A stretch of 64,000 nt of DNA from a virus (Duplodnaviria > Caudoviricetes), in the IMG/VR virus record IMGVR_UViG_2974594478_000001, positions 1 to 64,000 of that record; one strand, written 5' to 3'. Shown here one piece after another: positions 35,423 to 45,939 of this stretch; positions within the stretch are counted from its first letter, which is position 1, and every line of letters starts with the position of its first letter. Below the pieces are notes generated by a model, which was not told the DNA's origin, did not search any database, and was given only the letters and a program-made list of their open reading frames with translations. A program made the translations under genes and the position numbers.

Positions 35423-35602
35423 ATGGAAGCCGAGATTATCAATAACATTGAAAAGCACGCTGTACGGGAAATGATTCAGGACACCATCAAGAGAGCCAAG
35501 GATCTAAAGGCATCTCGGAATATCGCTATGGTGATCACCAATCTGGAAAATGCAGAAGACAAAATCATTCGAGCTATTGAAGAAGAAAAAACCCCCAATT
35601 AA
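35423..35602 (+). CDS. 59-aa helical-hairpin protein, Acb2/Tad1-like candidate (not in track)
   Basis: GAGG RBS; ASRNIAMVITNLENAEDKIIRAI helix. Confidence 0.55.
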   Translation: MEAEIINNIEKHAVREMIQDTIKRAKDLKASRNIAMVITNLENAEDKIIRAIEEEKTPN

Positions 35603-35610
35603 GGGGGTTT
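35586..35610. terminator. Bidirectional terminator between convergent genes
   Basis: AAAAAA-CCCCC-aattaa-GGGGG-TTT. Confidence 0.7.
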
Positions 35611-35614
35611 ATTT

Positions 35615-38600
35615 CTATTTGAACAACTGCATCCAAGGATTGAGATTCCAAGAATTCAATCCCATTCCCGGACCTACTGAGTAATCCAGCTTTCCATTCA
35701 CCATCACCGACAAGAAGTTGTCTGTCACAGGTGAACCTATGGAACCAATGACTGGGAAGCTAGGTGCCATCATCCCTGCCATGAAAGCTCTGACAGGATT
35801 GTTCCTGATCATAGAAGCAGCAACCTTCATGGATCTCAACTTGAAGTTCCAGAACCAAAGAAGACCAACACTCTCAAGGTAGTTACGTGTCCGACCAGCA
35901 AGGCGGTTATAGTTCACGAACTCCTCAGAGACTTGTCCCAGAGCTTGCTCTCTGGAGAGACCCTGACGCTTTATCAGATCGTCATACATAATTGCCTTGG
36001 CAATGAAGTCACCATATTGGACAGCACGAGCCAGACCCTTGAACAGTGCAGTGTCCTTAGTGATCAGAGCATAGCGACCAGCAGTCCTGAGACCAGCAGG
36101 CAATCTCTTAGCTTGGTTCTCCAGATAGGTCACAAACCGACCATTGGAGAGTGCCAGATCTTCCTGAGTGATCCCACCATCAGAGATGGAGGAGAATTCA
36201 CCATGCTCAATCAGAGGTGCAATGGTCATGCGACGATTGCTATCCTTGATCGATTGAAGCTCAGACTGGATCTTTCTCTGTTTCACAAGATCGTTACCAG
36301 CAGCACGAAGATCCGCTTCCAGTTCGATCTGGCGTTCCCGGTTCTTGATATACTGGTTGATCTCAACCGTCTTCTCACCCATGCCTTTGAGGATATTTCT
36401 CAGAGGCACACCACGTCCCATAAGCTGATACCCATTCGACATGATATTAGCGAGAGGAACGATCATCGACTTGACGACGATCAACACTCTAGCATCAGCA
36501 ACAACGTTCTGTGTGAAGCGCTCTGCCTGAACCAGATACTTAAATGCATTCTGTCCTTGACCAGCAAGGTCAAATACACCGACAGCAGCCTGTCTCAGTC
36601 TCTCAGTGACAGCAGGCTTCCACCGTGTCGTACCCGTCCAGATATCGCCCACAGAGGCGGACCTGAAGCCAATGGCATCATTCAGCATATCACGACGGAC
36701 ACGGAAACCCTCTCCCCCAAAAACTTCCTTGATAGTGTCCTTTGTCCGAGCGGGAACCAAGTTCCACGCATCATGAAGAACTGCATCATCACTTCGCTTA
36801 AGATTGGCAAGATCCACAAATTCATTAGCTCGACCCTTTTTCTGCTCATTCCAAATTTTGGCAAGATGTTCAATCAGTTGCTTGTTGAAGTCTTCAGCAA
36901 GAGCTTCTTCAACTTGACGACCACGCCATGCACCGATCATCTGTCCCAGATGAGTGTTACGGTTCATACGTGCCATTTGAGCAGGATCAATGCTACGTTC
37001 AAAAGCGATAACATCCCCACTCTCATCATAGACCGGAAGTAGTGGTTCCACTGCATTCTGGTTACGATGCATGTTCTTGATAATACGGGCTATCTCATCA
37101 GGATTGGTTATAGCACCGGCAGTAAGATCCTGAGTAGTACGACCAGTATTAGGATCCACACCGGAAGCAGTAGTATGAACTGTTTGTAGGACGCCTTGAT
37201 TGAAAGGAGCACGACCTGAGACAGGTGCGTAATAATACCCTCTCTTGGTTCCACGTCCTTCCGCTTGTGATCCAGTGTAATCAGATACTCTGGTATAACC
37301 CAAAGTGATAAGGCGAGCATATTCCGTATCCTCCGCAACAATCAGACTGGTTCCAACCTGATTCTCAGATGGAATATAGCCTTTATAGTGGTTGGCTCTT
37401 GCAGCCCCTGTGGTGATCTTCAATTGCTCATCAGCACGCTGACCTCTCAGATAGTTGATGGCAAAGTCCAACCCATCCTTTTCACTCTGAGCCAAGGAAG
37501 AAAGAGTAGCCTTTACGTCTTGGTTCAGTCCCTTAAGAGCATAGAGAGTTACCAGATGATCGACAGCTTGAATCGTCTGCTCACTAGCAGCAGTCTTACG
37601 ACCACCAGCACCGAAGAGGTTAGCAACAGCATACGCATTGCGCAGGGTGTTACCGGAAGCTTTCCCAGTATTCATGAAGTTCGCAAGGTCTTGAGCCGCT
37701 CTATGAATCCTGTTGAACAGCGCTCCCTCGCTGGCTTTGAGATTGGATTCGATCTGGCTAGTGATGACATCGATACGTGTGTCGTAGCTCAACATAGCAA
37801 GGACGGTATCCATATCATAAGCATCGAGCAGGGAAGCGATATCCGTCTTACCAAGTCCCTTAAAGAGATGCGACCACTCATCCTCACTAATCGGTCTGGT
37901 GAAATGATTCGCAATCTTCGTTGGCAAATGTTCTCTGAACTGTTGACGAGTCTGTTGAACAGCAGAGCGAACCAGTGAGATCATATCAAAGATATTGGCA
38001 TTCTCTTTTGTCCGACCAATGATTTCCGTGGTGAGTTCTCTCAATGAGACAAACCCACTCTGTTGATTCATTGCAGAGGTGACTGCACTGGCGACATGCT
38101 CAGCAGTTTCATTGTTAACAATAGCAGTCATTGCTTTGATGAAATTAGCAGCAGCTTTAACATAAGTGTTATTGCTGTTGTTCCTAACCTCAGTTGCCTT
38201 GTCAGCAAGTTTACCAGACAGATCCTGAAACTTGTCTCGTACCCAACCATCAAAACCACTAACGATGTTATCCGTCTGTTGCTCAATGAATGTTCTTTGA
38301 TCCTGAACTTGTTCAGTCAAAGTCTTGGTAAGAGCATCCAGTGCAGCCTTAGCGTCAGAACCTTTAGGCTCTCCTGCCATCAGGACAGAGAGTCTATCCA
38401 TTGCAGCATTGCCGAGATTCTCAAGCAGTGCATCAACAGTACCTTCATTGTTTCTCTCAGACTTAGGAGACTCGATCTTAGAGAGAACATCTCTAAAACC
38501 ATCATCTACCATTGCCAGAGCCAAGAAAGCAGGCAGGAGATTGGTCCGACCATGACGATCTGTCTTGGTTAGATACACACCAGTCAAGGATCTGAACTTT

Positions 38601-41600
38601 TCCTGAGCTTGATACTCTTCATTCTGGTCAGGATGTTCCGATGTAATGAAGTCAGCAGGGTTCAGCTTCTGAGTGACATGAGCATAGATCTCTTGGATCC
38701 GAGCCATAGAGGCAGGATTCAACTTTGCTTCTGTAGCAAAAGCAGCATGGATCATTTGGAAGGTGGAAGCCTGTTGCATATTCATGGGGAAACCATGAGC
38801 ACGGAACGATTCAGCTACCGCTTGAGCTTCAGTCAACTCAGCTTCAGTTTCCTTGGTTCTGGTATCTCTCTCAATTTCATCAGAGACTTCTGTGATTGCA
38901 GAGAGGACACGATCATGGAACCGTTCTCTCAGTTCCGTAAGTCTTTCATCCGAACCAAAGGAAGGTGAGTGATAAGCAATCACACCGGAAGCATTCTCAC
39001 GGAAAGTCGTTGGTGTAGACAAGAGGATAGCTGTATTAAAGCGGATGTTGGACCAGAGAGTATCACTCAATGGAAGTCCAACCAGCTTCTTCAGAATGTT
39101 CACAACATCCTTGGCAATCTTAGCCAGCTTATCCTTGACCTTCGTCTTCTTCTGAACCGAAGCAAGTGCTTCATTCGAGAGAGACCAAGCCATAAACTCA
39201 TTAAGAGCAGCAGCAGTCTGCTTCTTGTTCAGCTTATCAGCAACAGTGCTGTAAGCCATACGACGAGCTTCTTGAGCTACCACAGACTCTTTCGAATAGT
39301 CTTGGTTCAACCATTCTCTCATCAGAGCTTCTAGGCGTCTAATAGCATCTGCATCCTGCTTGGAGACAGAGTTGTTATCAGCATAGAAGTTATAAACCTT
39401 ATCCAAAGTCGCAGCATGAACCAGTTCATGTGTAATCGTTTCAGGAGAAGGGTTAGAAATATAAATGGTCTTAGTAAGAGTGTTGATCTTCCCATAGAAG
39501 ACATCATTCGGAACATGGTTTGCTGGATCATTCTGTGCTTCATGAGCAGAGAGTTGAGCAGGAGAACCAATGACAAAGGTGTAACCATCGCCCTCAATAG
39601 CGTTGAGAAGTTCCTGTGGAATCTCTTCAATGCCATCGAACTCAACAGCATCAACGATCCGAGCACCAGAGTCACTATCAACAAAGCCAAGCTTATTGAT
39701 CTTCTCTACGAATTCATTGGTAGGTGTCTCAACAGCAGCAGGAGCTTTCCTGCCTTGGATCTTAGCGAGTTCTTCATTGTAGATCTCGTTGATCCGAGTG
39801 AGAAGCTCAACAGGATCTGTTGGCAGAACTTCACCTTCATTGGTGTAAGCCTGTTCAGCAGATGCCATATGATCCACGGAAAGTTCAACTCTTTCCATAG
39901 CTCTATGTCGAGCTTCAATGGATTGAGCATCAGAAACCATACCAGCATTAAGATCACTGATATCATTCAATGCATCTTCCCATGCTGTACCAGCAGCATC
40001 ACTCTTACCATAGAGTGCTTCCATGATCTCTTGCTTGCCAGCATCATCAAGCTGATCGAAGATATCGGTATTCAGGAAAGCAGAGAAGCTTTCCGATACG
40101 CTCTGGACAGGATTCCCCATCCAACCATCAAAGACAGCTTCATTGATTTTCCGGGAATCCTCATCAATGGTCGAAGCTTTCATCTCCACACCATCAAAGA
40201 CATAGAGAGCACCTTCAGGTGCATTGGATCCAGTGATGATATTCTGGACCATCTGCCCATCACCAGTGCCAATGACCATGTAAGGAACGCCAGCAACACC
40301 AGCATTCTCAGGACCATAGATATAAGCAGGCGTCGTTACCGTCTCAAACTTCTGTGTTCCAGTTTGGAGAGCACGAGCGAAAGTTCTGATACCAACATCA
40401 CTACGTTCAGATCCACCGACAAAGAATGTCTGTGTCCCTGTGCTAATGAGGGGAGAGTATTTCGCAAGCTCTTTATAGATCTTGTTCATCTCTCTCTGAG
40501 AAAGAAACTCTTGACCTTTCTTCTCAGCCAGCTTGGACATCACTCTTTGTTGGAAGAGATGCTTCAGAGCAATGGATTGTACTTGGATCGACTTCTGGAC
40601 TTTCCGAGTCGTATCCATAGATGGACCCATCATTTCCTGAATGGCACCATCCATTTGGTTCACAAACAATGTCTTCACATTCGACTTGAAGCGATCCAAT
40701 TGCTCCTTGGTGAATGTAAACTTGGAAGCATCGATATTGTTGGAACCAGTGAAAGGAGTAGCCTTACCTTCGATCTTGACTTTGAAGGTTCCCTTATCAC
40801 CGGGGATGACAACACCATTGATCAGCAGTTCAAGGTTCTCCAAGAGCTTGGGATCAGGTGTTCCATTGCCTTGCAGAGCATCCGACAGTTGCTCATAGAA
40901 GGTCTCAACAAGACCACTAGCAACTTTACCAGCAATTCCATCAATACCAGATCCATAGATGGTAATGGTCAATGGGTTCTTCGTGACACCACGGGACAAT
41001 TCCAATTGACCATTCTCAAACTTCACATCTGCATTAAGAGCATTCATGACTTCAAGAAGTGCATTGGAATAAGCTTCAGCATCTGTACCAGCAACAAGGT
41101 TCCTGAAATCAGCTTGCTTGGTTCTCAGTTTCTTGGTTGCTTCCTGATACAGATCCTCATCATCAACAGATTGATGAGCATTCAGTGTCTTATCACGAAC
41201 ACCAAAGAACAGACCACCCTTGGCAACATTCTTGAGCCAAGTAGAGTCAAACAATCCAGCAGTGAAATGCACCAAAGCATTGATAGGACCATCAGTCTTT
41301 CCGTCTGCTTCCAAGGACAGGAAGTGTTCGAAGTTAGTAAGATCTTGAGCTAGTCCAAGCTTAGCTACAGACAAGATAGCATGGACTGCCTTGAAGGAGA
41401 GATCACCACCAAAAGCTTCTTTCACAGCAGCAAGAGTTTCAGTTGGAATAGCAGTACCATTCTCAATGAAAGCTTCAAACGCTGGCAGATGATCTTGAAT
41501 CTTAGCAATCTTCTCCTGAGCTTTCTGTACAGCTACAGCCCGAGTATCTTTCTCAGTCTTGACACCCACTGCCTGAGCTATGGTCATCCAGAATTTCTGG

Positions 41601-44600
41601 ACATCTTCAGGCTTGGTCATATCCAGAGTGGTTCTGGTAGACATGAAAGCTTCACGAGCCATCTTATCCGACTGAGGATTCGATGCTCCCTGCATATGCA
41701 GACGACCCACACGAGAAACATTGTGCTCGTAATAAACTGGCATCTCAGTGACAGGAACATTGGAGTTACCAGCAATGTTCTGAACTTGTCCCAATTGTCT
41801 GAAGATATTCCGATAAGAATTCTGAAGACCAAGGTTCTTACCTTGGATCGACTTCAGATGATTCTCATTGAATTGCTTAGGATTATCAATCTTGGTTCCA
41901 CCAAACAATTCAATGACAGCTTCTTCACCCAACATCTTAAGGAAATCAAACATTGTTTGATTCACATAGAATGGAGTTTCCTGAGCCTTACGAATCGCTT
42001 CTCTCTGTTGAGCAGTGTTCTTCACCAGAGGATTACGCATTTGCGTATCAGCGATCTGAGTTGGTGCCTGACCAATATGAGGATCATCTGGATTGTTCAC
42101 CAGAACAGCATCAGCAATGACAGCAGGCGCTACACTCATGGAACCAATGAGATTCTCTATCTCTTCATTCCGCTCATCAAAATAGATCCTAACAGCCTGA
42201 CGAGGATCACCCTTCACCTGATAATCGAAACTACCAAGAGTGATGAGACCAGCAGCTTGAAGACCATAAAGGACTTCAGCAGCGACAGCTTCAGGAATAC
42301 CCTTTACATAGGAATCCGTAACATCACTGTTACCTTGGACACCCCAGAACTGTTGAATGGTTTGAGCCAGTGAACGCTTAGCCTCTGTAATATAGAGTCC
42401 GCGGTTCATACCCTGTTCGATTTTGTCATCTACATCAGACTCATCGATACCAAGGATCTTGGCAATCTGTTCCTTGTCCAATGTATAGGATGCACGTTCA
42501 GCATTGAGTACCCAATGCAGACCAGCAGCAATTGCTTGCTGAAGCAGAGCAGGTTCATACCGACCCTTCTCCTTATCTACGATGGAGAGACCCCTAGCAT
42601 CAACAAAATCAGCAACATCAGTTCCCTTCTTGATCAAATCAAGGAGAGATTCTTTCTTCTGACCCTTAGCACCTTCATCTCTAGTGATAGCTTGCACCAG
42701 ACGTTGGTGCATTGCTTCACCGATCTGATCAGCATAGTCCAGGTATTGGCGATAGGACCGAGCAATGGGCTTGTCATAGCCATAACGAGCAATTCGACCA
42801 AGCTCAGCATTCAGAGACTGCTTATCCTTAAGGACAGCACGCAGCTTCTTGATTGGTTCAGCTTCACCAACGAGACGAGAAATCATTTCTCTTGGAAGCT
42901 TGAATGCTTCAAGGAAGTGATTCTTCACACCTTCAACAGTAAGGAGATTCGGATAAAGAGTCTCTACGGTAGTGGTTGACTCAATCTCTGTTCCAGACTC
43001 AGTTGGAAGTCCTTCAGTTGTTTCTTGTTCATTCCCTTGAACAGACTCTTGGACTTCTTGCCTTGCTTCTGGTTGGGCTTCTTCACGAACTGTAGAGACG
43101 ACTGGCGCAGACTCATCGTTGACCTCTTCTTGGATCGTTTCACTAACGACTTCTGTTTCGACCACAGGAGACTGTAGAACCTCATCCTGCACCTCTTCAA
43201 CAACTTCATCAATAGGAGTTTCAACAACTCTCTGAGAAGCTTCCTGTGTCCGGTTCACTGGAACTACACGAGTATTTCTAACCTCTTGGACTTGTTGATC
43301 CACAGGCTTTCTCAGTGCTGGAACCAAGGTAGGAACAGTGATTGGTTGAATTCCAAGCTCAGGGTAGATCTCGGCAATGTTGTTGTTCAACGTTGCAGCA
43401 TATTGAGCTTCAGCATAGATTTGTTGAGCAAGCTTAGAGGATCCCTTGTGGATCTTCGGAGACTTGGTTGTGAACTGTTTTCCAGTGCCATCATAGGCTT
43501 GGAAATCCACAGCTTCACCAGCAGCAAAGCTCCGGTTTACTGCATCCATTTTGTTCCGCATATGACGAGCGAATTGACCCAAGCGAACAGCACGGTCACG
43601 AGCAAGCTTTGGATTACCAGACTGAGTAGCTTCAATGATCCCAGACAGATGTTGATTCAGAGACAGCTTGTTAGGATCAGAGGAGAATTTCTCAATCTGA
43701 TTGTTCACAGCCTTCATCAAAGAAGCTGGAGTCTCAGCTTGGATCGGTTGACCCATTTCTTCCATAGTGGAAGCAAACTGTTGTCCAGCCCGAACCAAGG
43801 AAGAGGAAGCTTGTAGAGCCTTCCTCTCTTCAGGAGAGAGAGTGATGTTGCCTTCATCCGATTGACGAAGGATACGATCATTCACATCTGGATTAACAGC
43901 AGAGGGATTAAACTCTGCCAGACCAACAGATCTGGTTACATCATCAGCAGTGATCGTTTCCATATCGGGAAGCGAATCTGTCTCATCCAATAGCTTATTG
44001 ATTTGAGCAATATCTGGATCTTGATCAATAGCAACAATCGTAGCCATGTAGTTACGGAGTTGCTGGATCTCTTCACTGTCTTCTGATGCATTCTTGATTG
44101 CATTAGGAAGATCAGAAAAGAATGTTGCTTCATTCTCACGAAGTTGTTGACGAACATAAATTGCAGAAGAAAGACGGTCATTGATATCTGCCTCTGGATC
44201 AGCAGCAATACTAGCTACATCCATAAGAACATCAAATCTATTATTTGTTTCACTGACAACAGAACGAAGGTTATCAGGAATAGAAGCAATCTCTTCTGGA
44301 GAGATGAGTGCAGTTCTTGCTACTCGACCAATGTAATCATTGAGTTCAGCTTGCTCTTCTTGAGAAGTAACTTGAGCAACTTTCTGAAGACCTTCAGCGA
44401 CAGCAGGAACTTGATTCACTGCCTGTTCAATGTTCTCTCTAATTACTTCTGGTGCAACAGGAGAAGCAGCAGCATTAGTTTGCTCAACCCGTTGACCACG
44501 AGCAACAACGGCATCAGTAGCATCCTTAACGGCATTGGCAGCAGTTCGTAGTACAGCACCCGGAGTCTGTACAACACCAGCAGAAGCAACACCGCCAACA

Positions 44601-45883
44601 AGGCTGTTAGCGATATTCTCACCGACATCTTCCGTCAGGCTCCTGTTCTCATCAGCAGCTTGCTGAATACCGAGGTTGACACCAACTTGTCCCGTCAGAC
44701 CTTGACCAGCTTCCTCGACACCTTCTCTGAAAACATTGCCAGTAGCGGAACCAAGAGAAGGAACTCTAAAGGGGGCAGCTTCGAATCTGGAAACCAGAGT
44801 ACCAGTGAGAGCACCAGCAGGACCAGCAATAGCAGCAGAGATTTGACCAGCACGATTGGCAGCAGCAAGCTTAGCCTGCTCTGGCGTATCCCCAACAGCA
44901 ATTCTCTCACGGTAGAATTCAGAGTTCTGAGACAGTTGGTCATGGGTCATATCCATGACTTCCTGAGAAGCTTGAGTATAAGCTCCACCAGCTTCCATTG
45001 AACCAATGGCAGCAGGCATTGCCCCCTTCTCGATGATAGCTCCCCCAACCTCACCAAAGATCTTGGTCAGTGGTTTTCCAGCAGTGGCAATAGCCTTGCC
45101 AGTAGGACCAGCTACAAGGAGACTGCCCACACCTTGGGCAGCGATATCCCCGGCGAGTGTTGGGTTCGTGAGTGTACGTACTGATGCAGCACCGAAATCA
45201 CGCCCAATGCGTTTAAGACCAGCAACAGTATCACCATCAGTTTGGCGATCCACTTGATACTGTTCTTCATTATCCTGAGCATCTAATTCTCCTGCAATCG
45301 CTGCTTGGTTCCGAGTACGGTTCAACGTATCCGATTGAAGATCCTGTGCAGCTTCAGAGAAGGAACCAAGTGCACCGGAAATAGCTGCACCAGCACGATC
45401 ATCAACGAGACCAGCACCGAGAGCGAGAATACCACCAGCAGATCCAACAGCACCTTGAACTCCCGAGTTAAGAGAATCAGCAGCAATCTCCAGACCAGTT
45501 CTCTCCATACCTTCAGCATTGGAAAGACGATCACGAGCACTGGCAAGATTAGCTTGAAGCTGAGGATCCACTCCGGGATACTTCTGCTCAAACTCAAATG
45601 GATTCATCGAAGCAGCATCAAGTAGAACTTGATTGCGATTGGTTAGATTATTCTCATTCTGAAGTGAAACCGCTGCAACATCAGCATTCTGAGATGGTCC
45701 AAGAAGTTGCTTCTTGGCATCAGACATTGCTACCAATTCCTGTTTCTTGTTATCAGAAACTGACATCACATTAGCTTTCACGGTATCTGAAATACCGGGA
45801 GTCGGAAGACTAGCTACTTGATTGATGTTCAGTTCAGGGAACAAAGAAAAAGGATTGATTGGGTCAGCCATATTAGTTCTCAC
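35615..45883 (-). CDS. Virion-encapsidated RNA polymerase (vRNAP, N4 gp50-like)
   Basis: About 3,420 aa (likely start ATG 45871). Motif A LEADGKTDGP, motif B RGVTKNPLTITIYGSG, motif C VFDG. No cysteine seen on reading, as for N4 vRNAP. Confidence 0.97.
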   Translation of the reverse strand: MRTNMADPINPFSLFPELNINQVASLPTPGISDTVKANVMSVSDNKKQELVAMSDAKKQLLGPSQNADVAAVSLQNENNLTNRNQVLLDAASMNPFEFEQKYPGVDPQLQANLASARDRLSNAEGMERTGLEIAADSLNSGVQGAVGSAGGILALGAGLVDDRAGAAISGALGSFSEAAQDLQSDTLNRTRNQAAIAGELDAQDNEEQYQVDRQTDGDTVAGLKRIGRDFGAASVRTLTNPTLAGDIAAQGVGSLLVAGPTGKAIATAGKPLTKIFGEVGGAIIEKGAMPAAIGSMEAGGAYTQASQEVMDMTHDQLSQNSEFYRERIAVGDTPEQAKLAAANRAGQISAAIAGPAGALTGTLVSRFEAAPFRVPSLGSATGNVFREGVEEAGQGLTGQVGVNLGIQQAADENRSLTEDVGENIANSLVGGVASAGVVQTPGAVLRTAANAVKDATDAVVARGQRVEQTNAAASPVAPEVIRENIEQAVNQVPAVAEGLQKVAQVTSQEEQAELNDYIGRVARTALISPEEIASIPDNLRSVVSETNNRFDVLMDVASIAADPEADINDRLSSAIYVRQQLRENEATFFSDLPNAIKNASEDSEEIQQLRNYMATIVAIDQDPDIAQINKLLDETDSLPDMETITADDVTRSVGLAEFNPSAVNPDVNDRILRQSDEGNITLSPEERKALQASSSLVRAGQQFASTMEEMGQPIQAETPASLMKAVNNQIEKFSSDPNKLSLNQHLSGIIEATQSGNPKLARDRAVRLGQFARHMRNKMDAVNRSFAAGEAVDFQAYDGTGKQFTTKSPKIHKGSSKLAQQIYAEAQYAATLNNNIAEIYPELGIQPITVPTLVPALRKPVDQQVQEVRNTRVVPVNRTQEASQRVVETPIDEVVEEVQDEVLQSPVVETEVVSETIQEEVNDESAPVVSTVREEAQPEARQEVQESVQGNEQETTEGLPTESGTEIESTTTVETLYPNLLTVEGVKNHFLEAFKLPREMISRLVGEAEPIKKLRAVLKDKQSLNAELGRIARYGYDKPIARSYRQYLDYADQIGEAMHQRLVQAITRDEGAKGQKKESLLDLIKKGTDVADFVDARGLSIVDKEKGRYEPALLQQAIAAGLHWVLNAERASYTLDKEQIAKILGIDESDVDDKIEQGMNRGLYITEAKRSLAQTIQQFWGVQGNSDVTDSYVKGIPEAVAAEVLYGLQAAGLITLGSFDYQVKGDPRQAVRIYFDERNEEIENLIGSMSVAPAVIADAVLVNNPDDPHIGQAPTQIADTQMRNPLVKNTAQQREAIRKAQETPFYVNQTMFDFLKMLGEEAVIELFGGTKIDNPKQFNENHLKSIQGKNLGLQNSYRNIFRQLGQVQNIAGNSNVPVTEMPVYYEHNVSRVGRLHMQGASNPQSDKMAREAFMSTRTTLDMTKPEDVQKFWMTIAQAVGVKTEKDTRAVAVQKAQEKIAKIQDHLPAFEAFIENGTAIPTETLAAVKEAFGGDLSFKAVHAILSVAKLGLAQDLTNFEHFLSLEADGKTDGPINALVHFTAGLFDSTWLKNVAKGGLFFGVRDKTLNAHQSVDDEDLYQEATKKLRTKQADFRNLVAGTDAEAYSNALLEVMNALNADVKFENGQLELSRGVTKNPLTITIYGSGIDGIAGKVASGLVETFYEQLSDALQGNGTPDPKLLENLELLINGVVIPGDKGTFKVKIEGKATPFTGSNNIDASKFTFTKEQLDRFKSNVKTLFVNQMDGAIQEMMGPSMDTTRKVQKSIQVQSIALKHLFQQRVMSKLAEKKGQEFLSQREMNKIYKELAKYSPLISTGTQTFFVGGSERSDVGIRTFARALQTGTQKFETVTTPAYIYGPENAGVAGVPYMVIGTGDGQMVQNIITGSNAPEGALYVFDGVEMKASTIDEDSRKINEAVFDGWMGNPVQSVSESFSAFLNTDIFDQLDDAGKQEIMEALYGKSDAAGTAWEDALNDISDLNAGMVSDAQSIEARHRAMERVELSVDHMASAEQAYTNEGEVLPTDPVELLTRINEIYNEELAKIQGRKAPAAVETPTNEFVEKINKLGFVDSDSGARIVDAVEFDGIEEIPQELLNAIEGDGYTFVIGSPAQLSAHEAQNDPANHVPNDVFYGKINTLTKTIYISNPSPETITHELVHAATLDKVYNFYADNNSVSKQDADAIRRLEALMREWLNQDYSKESVVAQEARRMAYSTVADKLNKKQTAAALNEFMAWSLSNEALASVQKKTKVKDKLAKIAKDVVNILKKLVGLPLSDTLWSNIRFNTAILLSTPTTFRENASGVIAYHSPSFGSDERLTELRERFHDRVLSAITEVSDEIERDTRTKETEAELTEAQAVAESFRAHGFPMNMQQASTFQMIHAAFATEAKLNPASMARIQEIYAHVTQKLNPADFITSEHPDQNEEYQAQEKFRSLTGVYLTKTDRHGRTNLLPAFLALAMVDDGFRDVLSKIESPKSERNNEGTVDALLENLGNAAMDRLSVLMAGEPKGSDAKAALDALTKTLTEQVQDQRTFIEQQTDNIVSGFDGWVRDKFQDLSGKLADKATEVRNNSNNTYVKAAANFIKAMTAIVNNETAEHVASAVTSAMNQQSGFVSLRELTTEIIGRTKENANIFDMISLVRSAVQQTRQQFREHLPTKIANHFTRPISEDEWSHLFKGLGKTDIASLLDAYDMDTVLAMLSYDTRIDVITSQIESNLKASEGALFNRIHRAAQDLANFMNTGKASGNTLRNAYAVANLFGAGGRKTAASEQTIQAVDHLVTLYALKGLNQDVKATLSSLAQSEKDGLDFAINYLRGQRADEQLKITTGAARANHYKGYIPSENQVGTSLIVAEDTEYARLITLGYTRVSDYTGSQAEGRGTKRGYYYAPVSGRAPFNQGVLQTVHTTASGVDPNTGRTTQDLTAGAITNPDEIARIIKNMHRNQNAVEPLLPVYDESGDVIAFERSIDPAQMARMNRNTHLGQMIGAWRGRQVEEALAEDFNKQLIEHLAKIWNEQKKGRANEFVDLANLKRSDDAVLHDAWNLVPARTKDTIKEVFGGEGFRVRRDMLNDAIGFRSASVGDIWTGTTRWKPAVTERLRQAAVGVFDLAGQGQNAFKYLVQAERFTQNVVADARVLIVVKSMIVPLANIMSNGYQLMGRGVPLRNILKGMGEKTVEINQYIKNRERQIELEADLRAAGNDLVKQRKIQSELQSIKDSNRRMTIAPLIEHGEFSSISDGGITQEDLALSNGRFVTYLENQAKRLPAGLRTAGRYALITKDTALFKGLARAVQYGDFIAKAIMYDDLIKRQGLSREQALGQVSEEFVNYNRLAGRTRNYLESVGLLWFWNFKLRSMKVAASMIRNNPVRAFMAGMMAPSFPVIGSIGSPVTDNFLSVMVNGKLDYSVGPGMGLNSWNLNPWMQLFK

Positions 45884-45895
45884 TGATCAATGCTT

Positions 45896-45925
45896 AAAAG
45901 AAAAGGGAGCCAAGGAGGCTCCCTT
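45896..45925 (-). terminator. Terminator immediately upstream of vRNAP
   Basis: AAGGGAGCC-aagga-GGCTCCCTT; TTCTTTT follows on the minus strand. Confidence 0.75.
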
Positions 45926-45939
45926 AGATATCTCTATTC

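Noticed and set aside
35933-43816. Long plus-strand ORFs (up to 645 aa at 39416-41353) opposite vRNAP, and similar ones opposite MCP, helicase and rIIB
   Set aside because: In-phase antisense shadows: the sense genes rarely use TTA/CTA/TCA, so the mirror frame lacks stops. Products are S/I/R-rich with no motifs or RBS.
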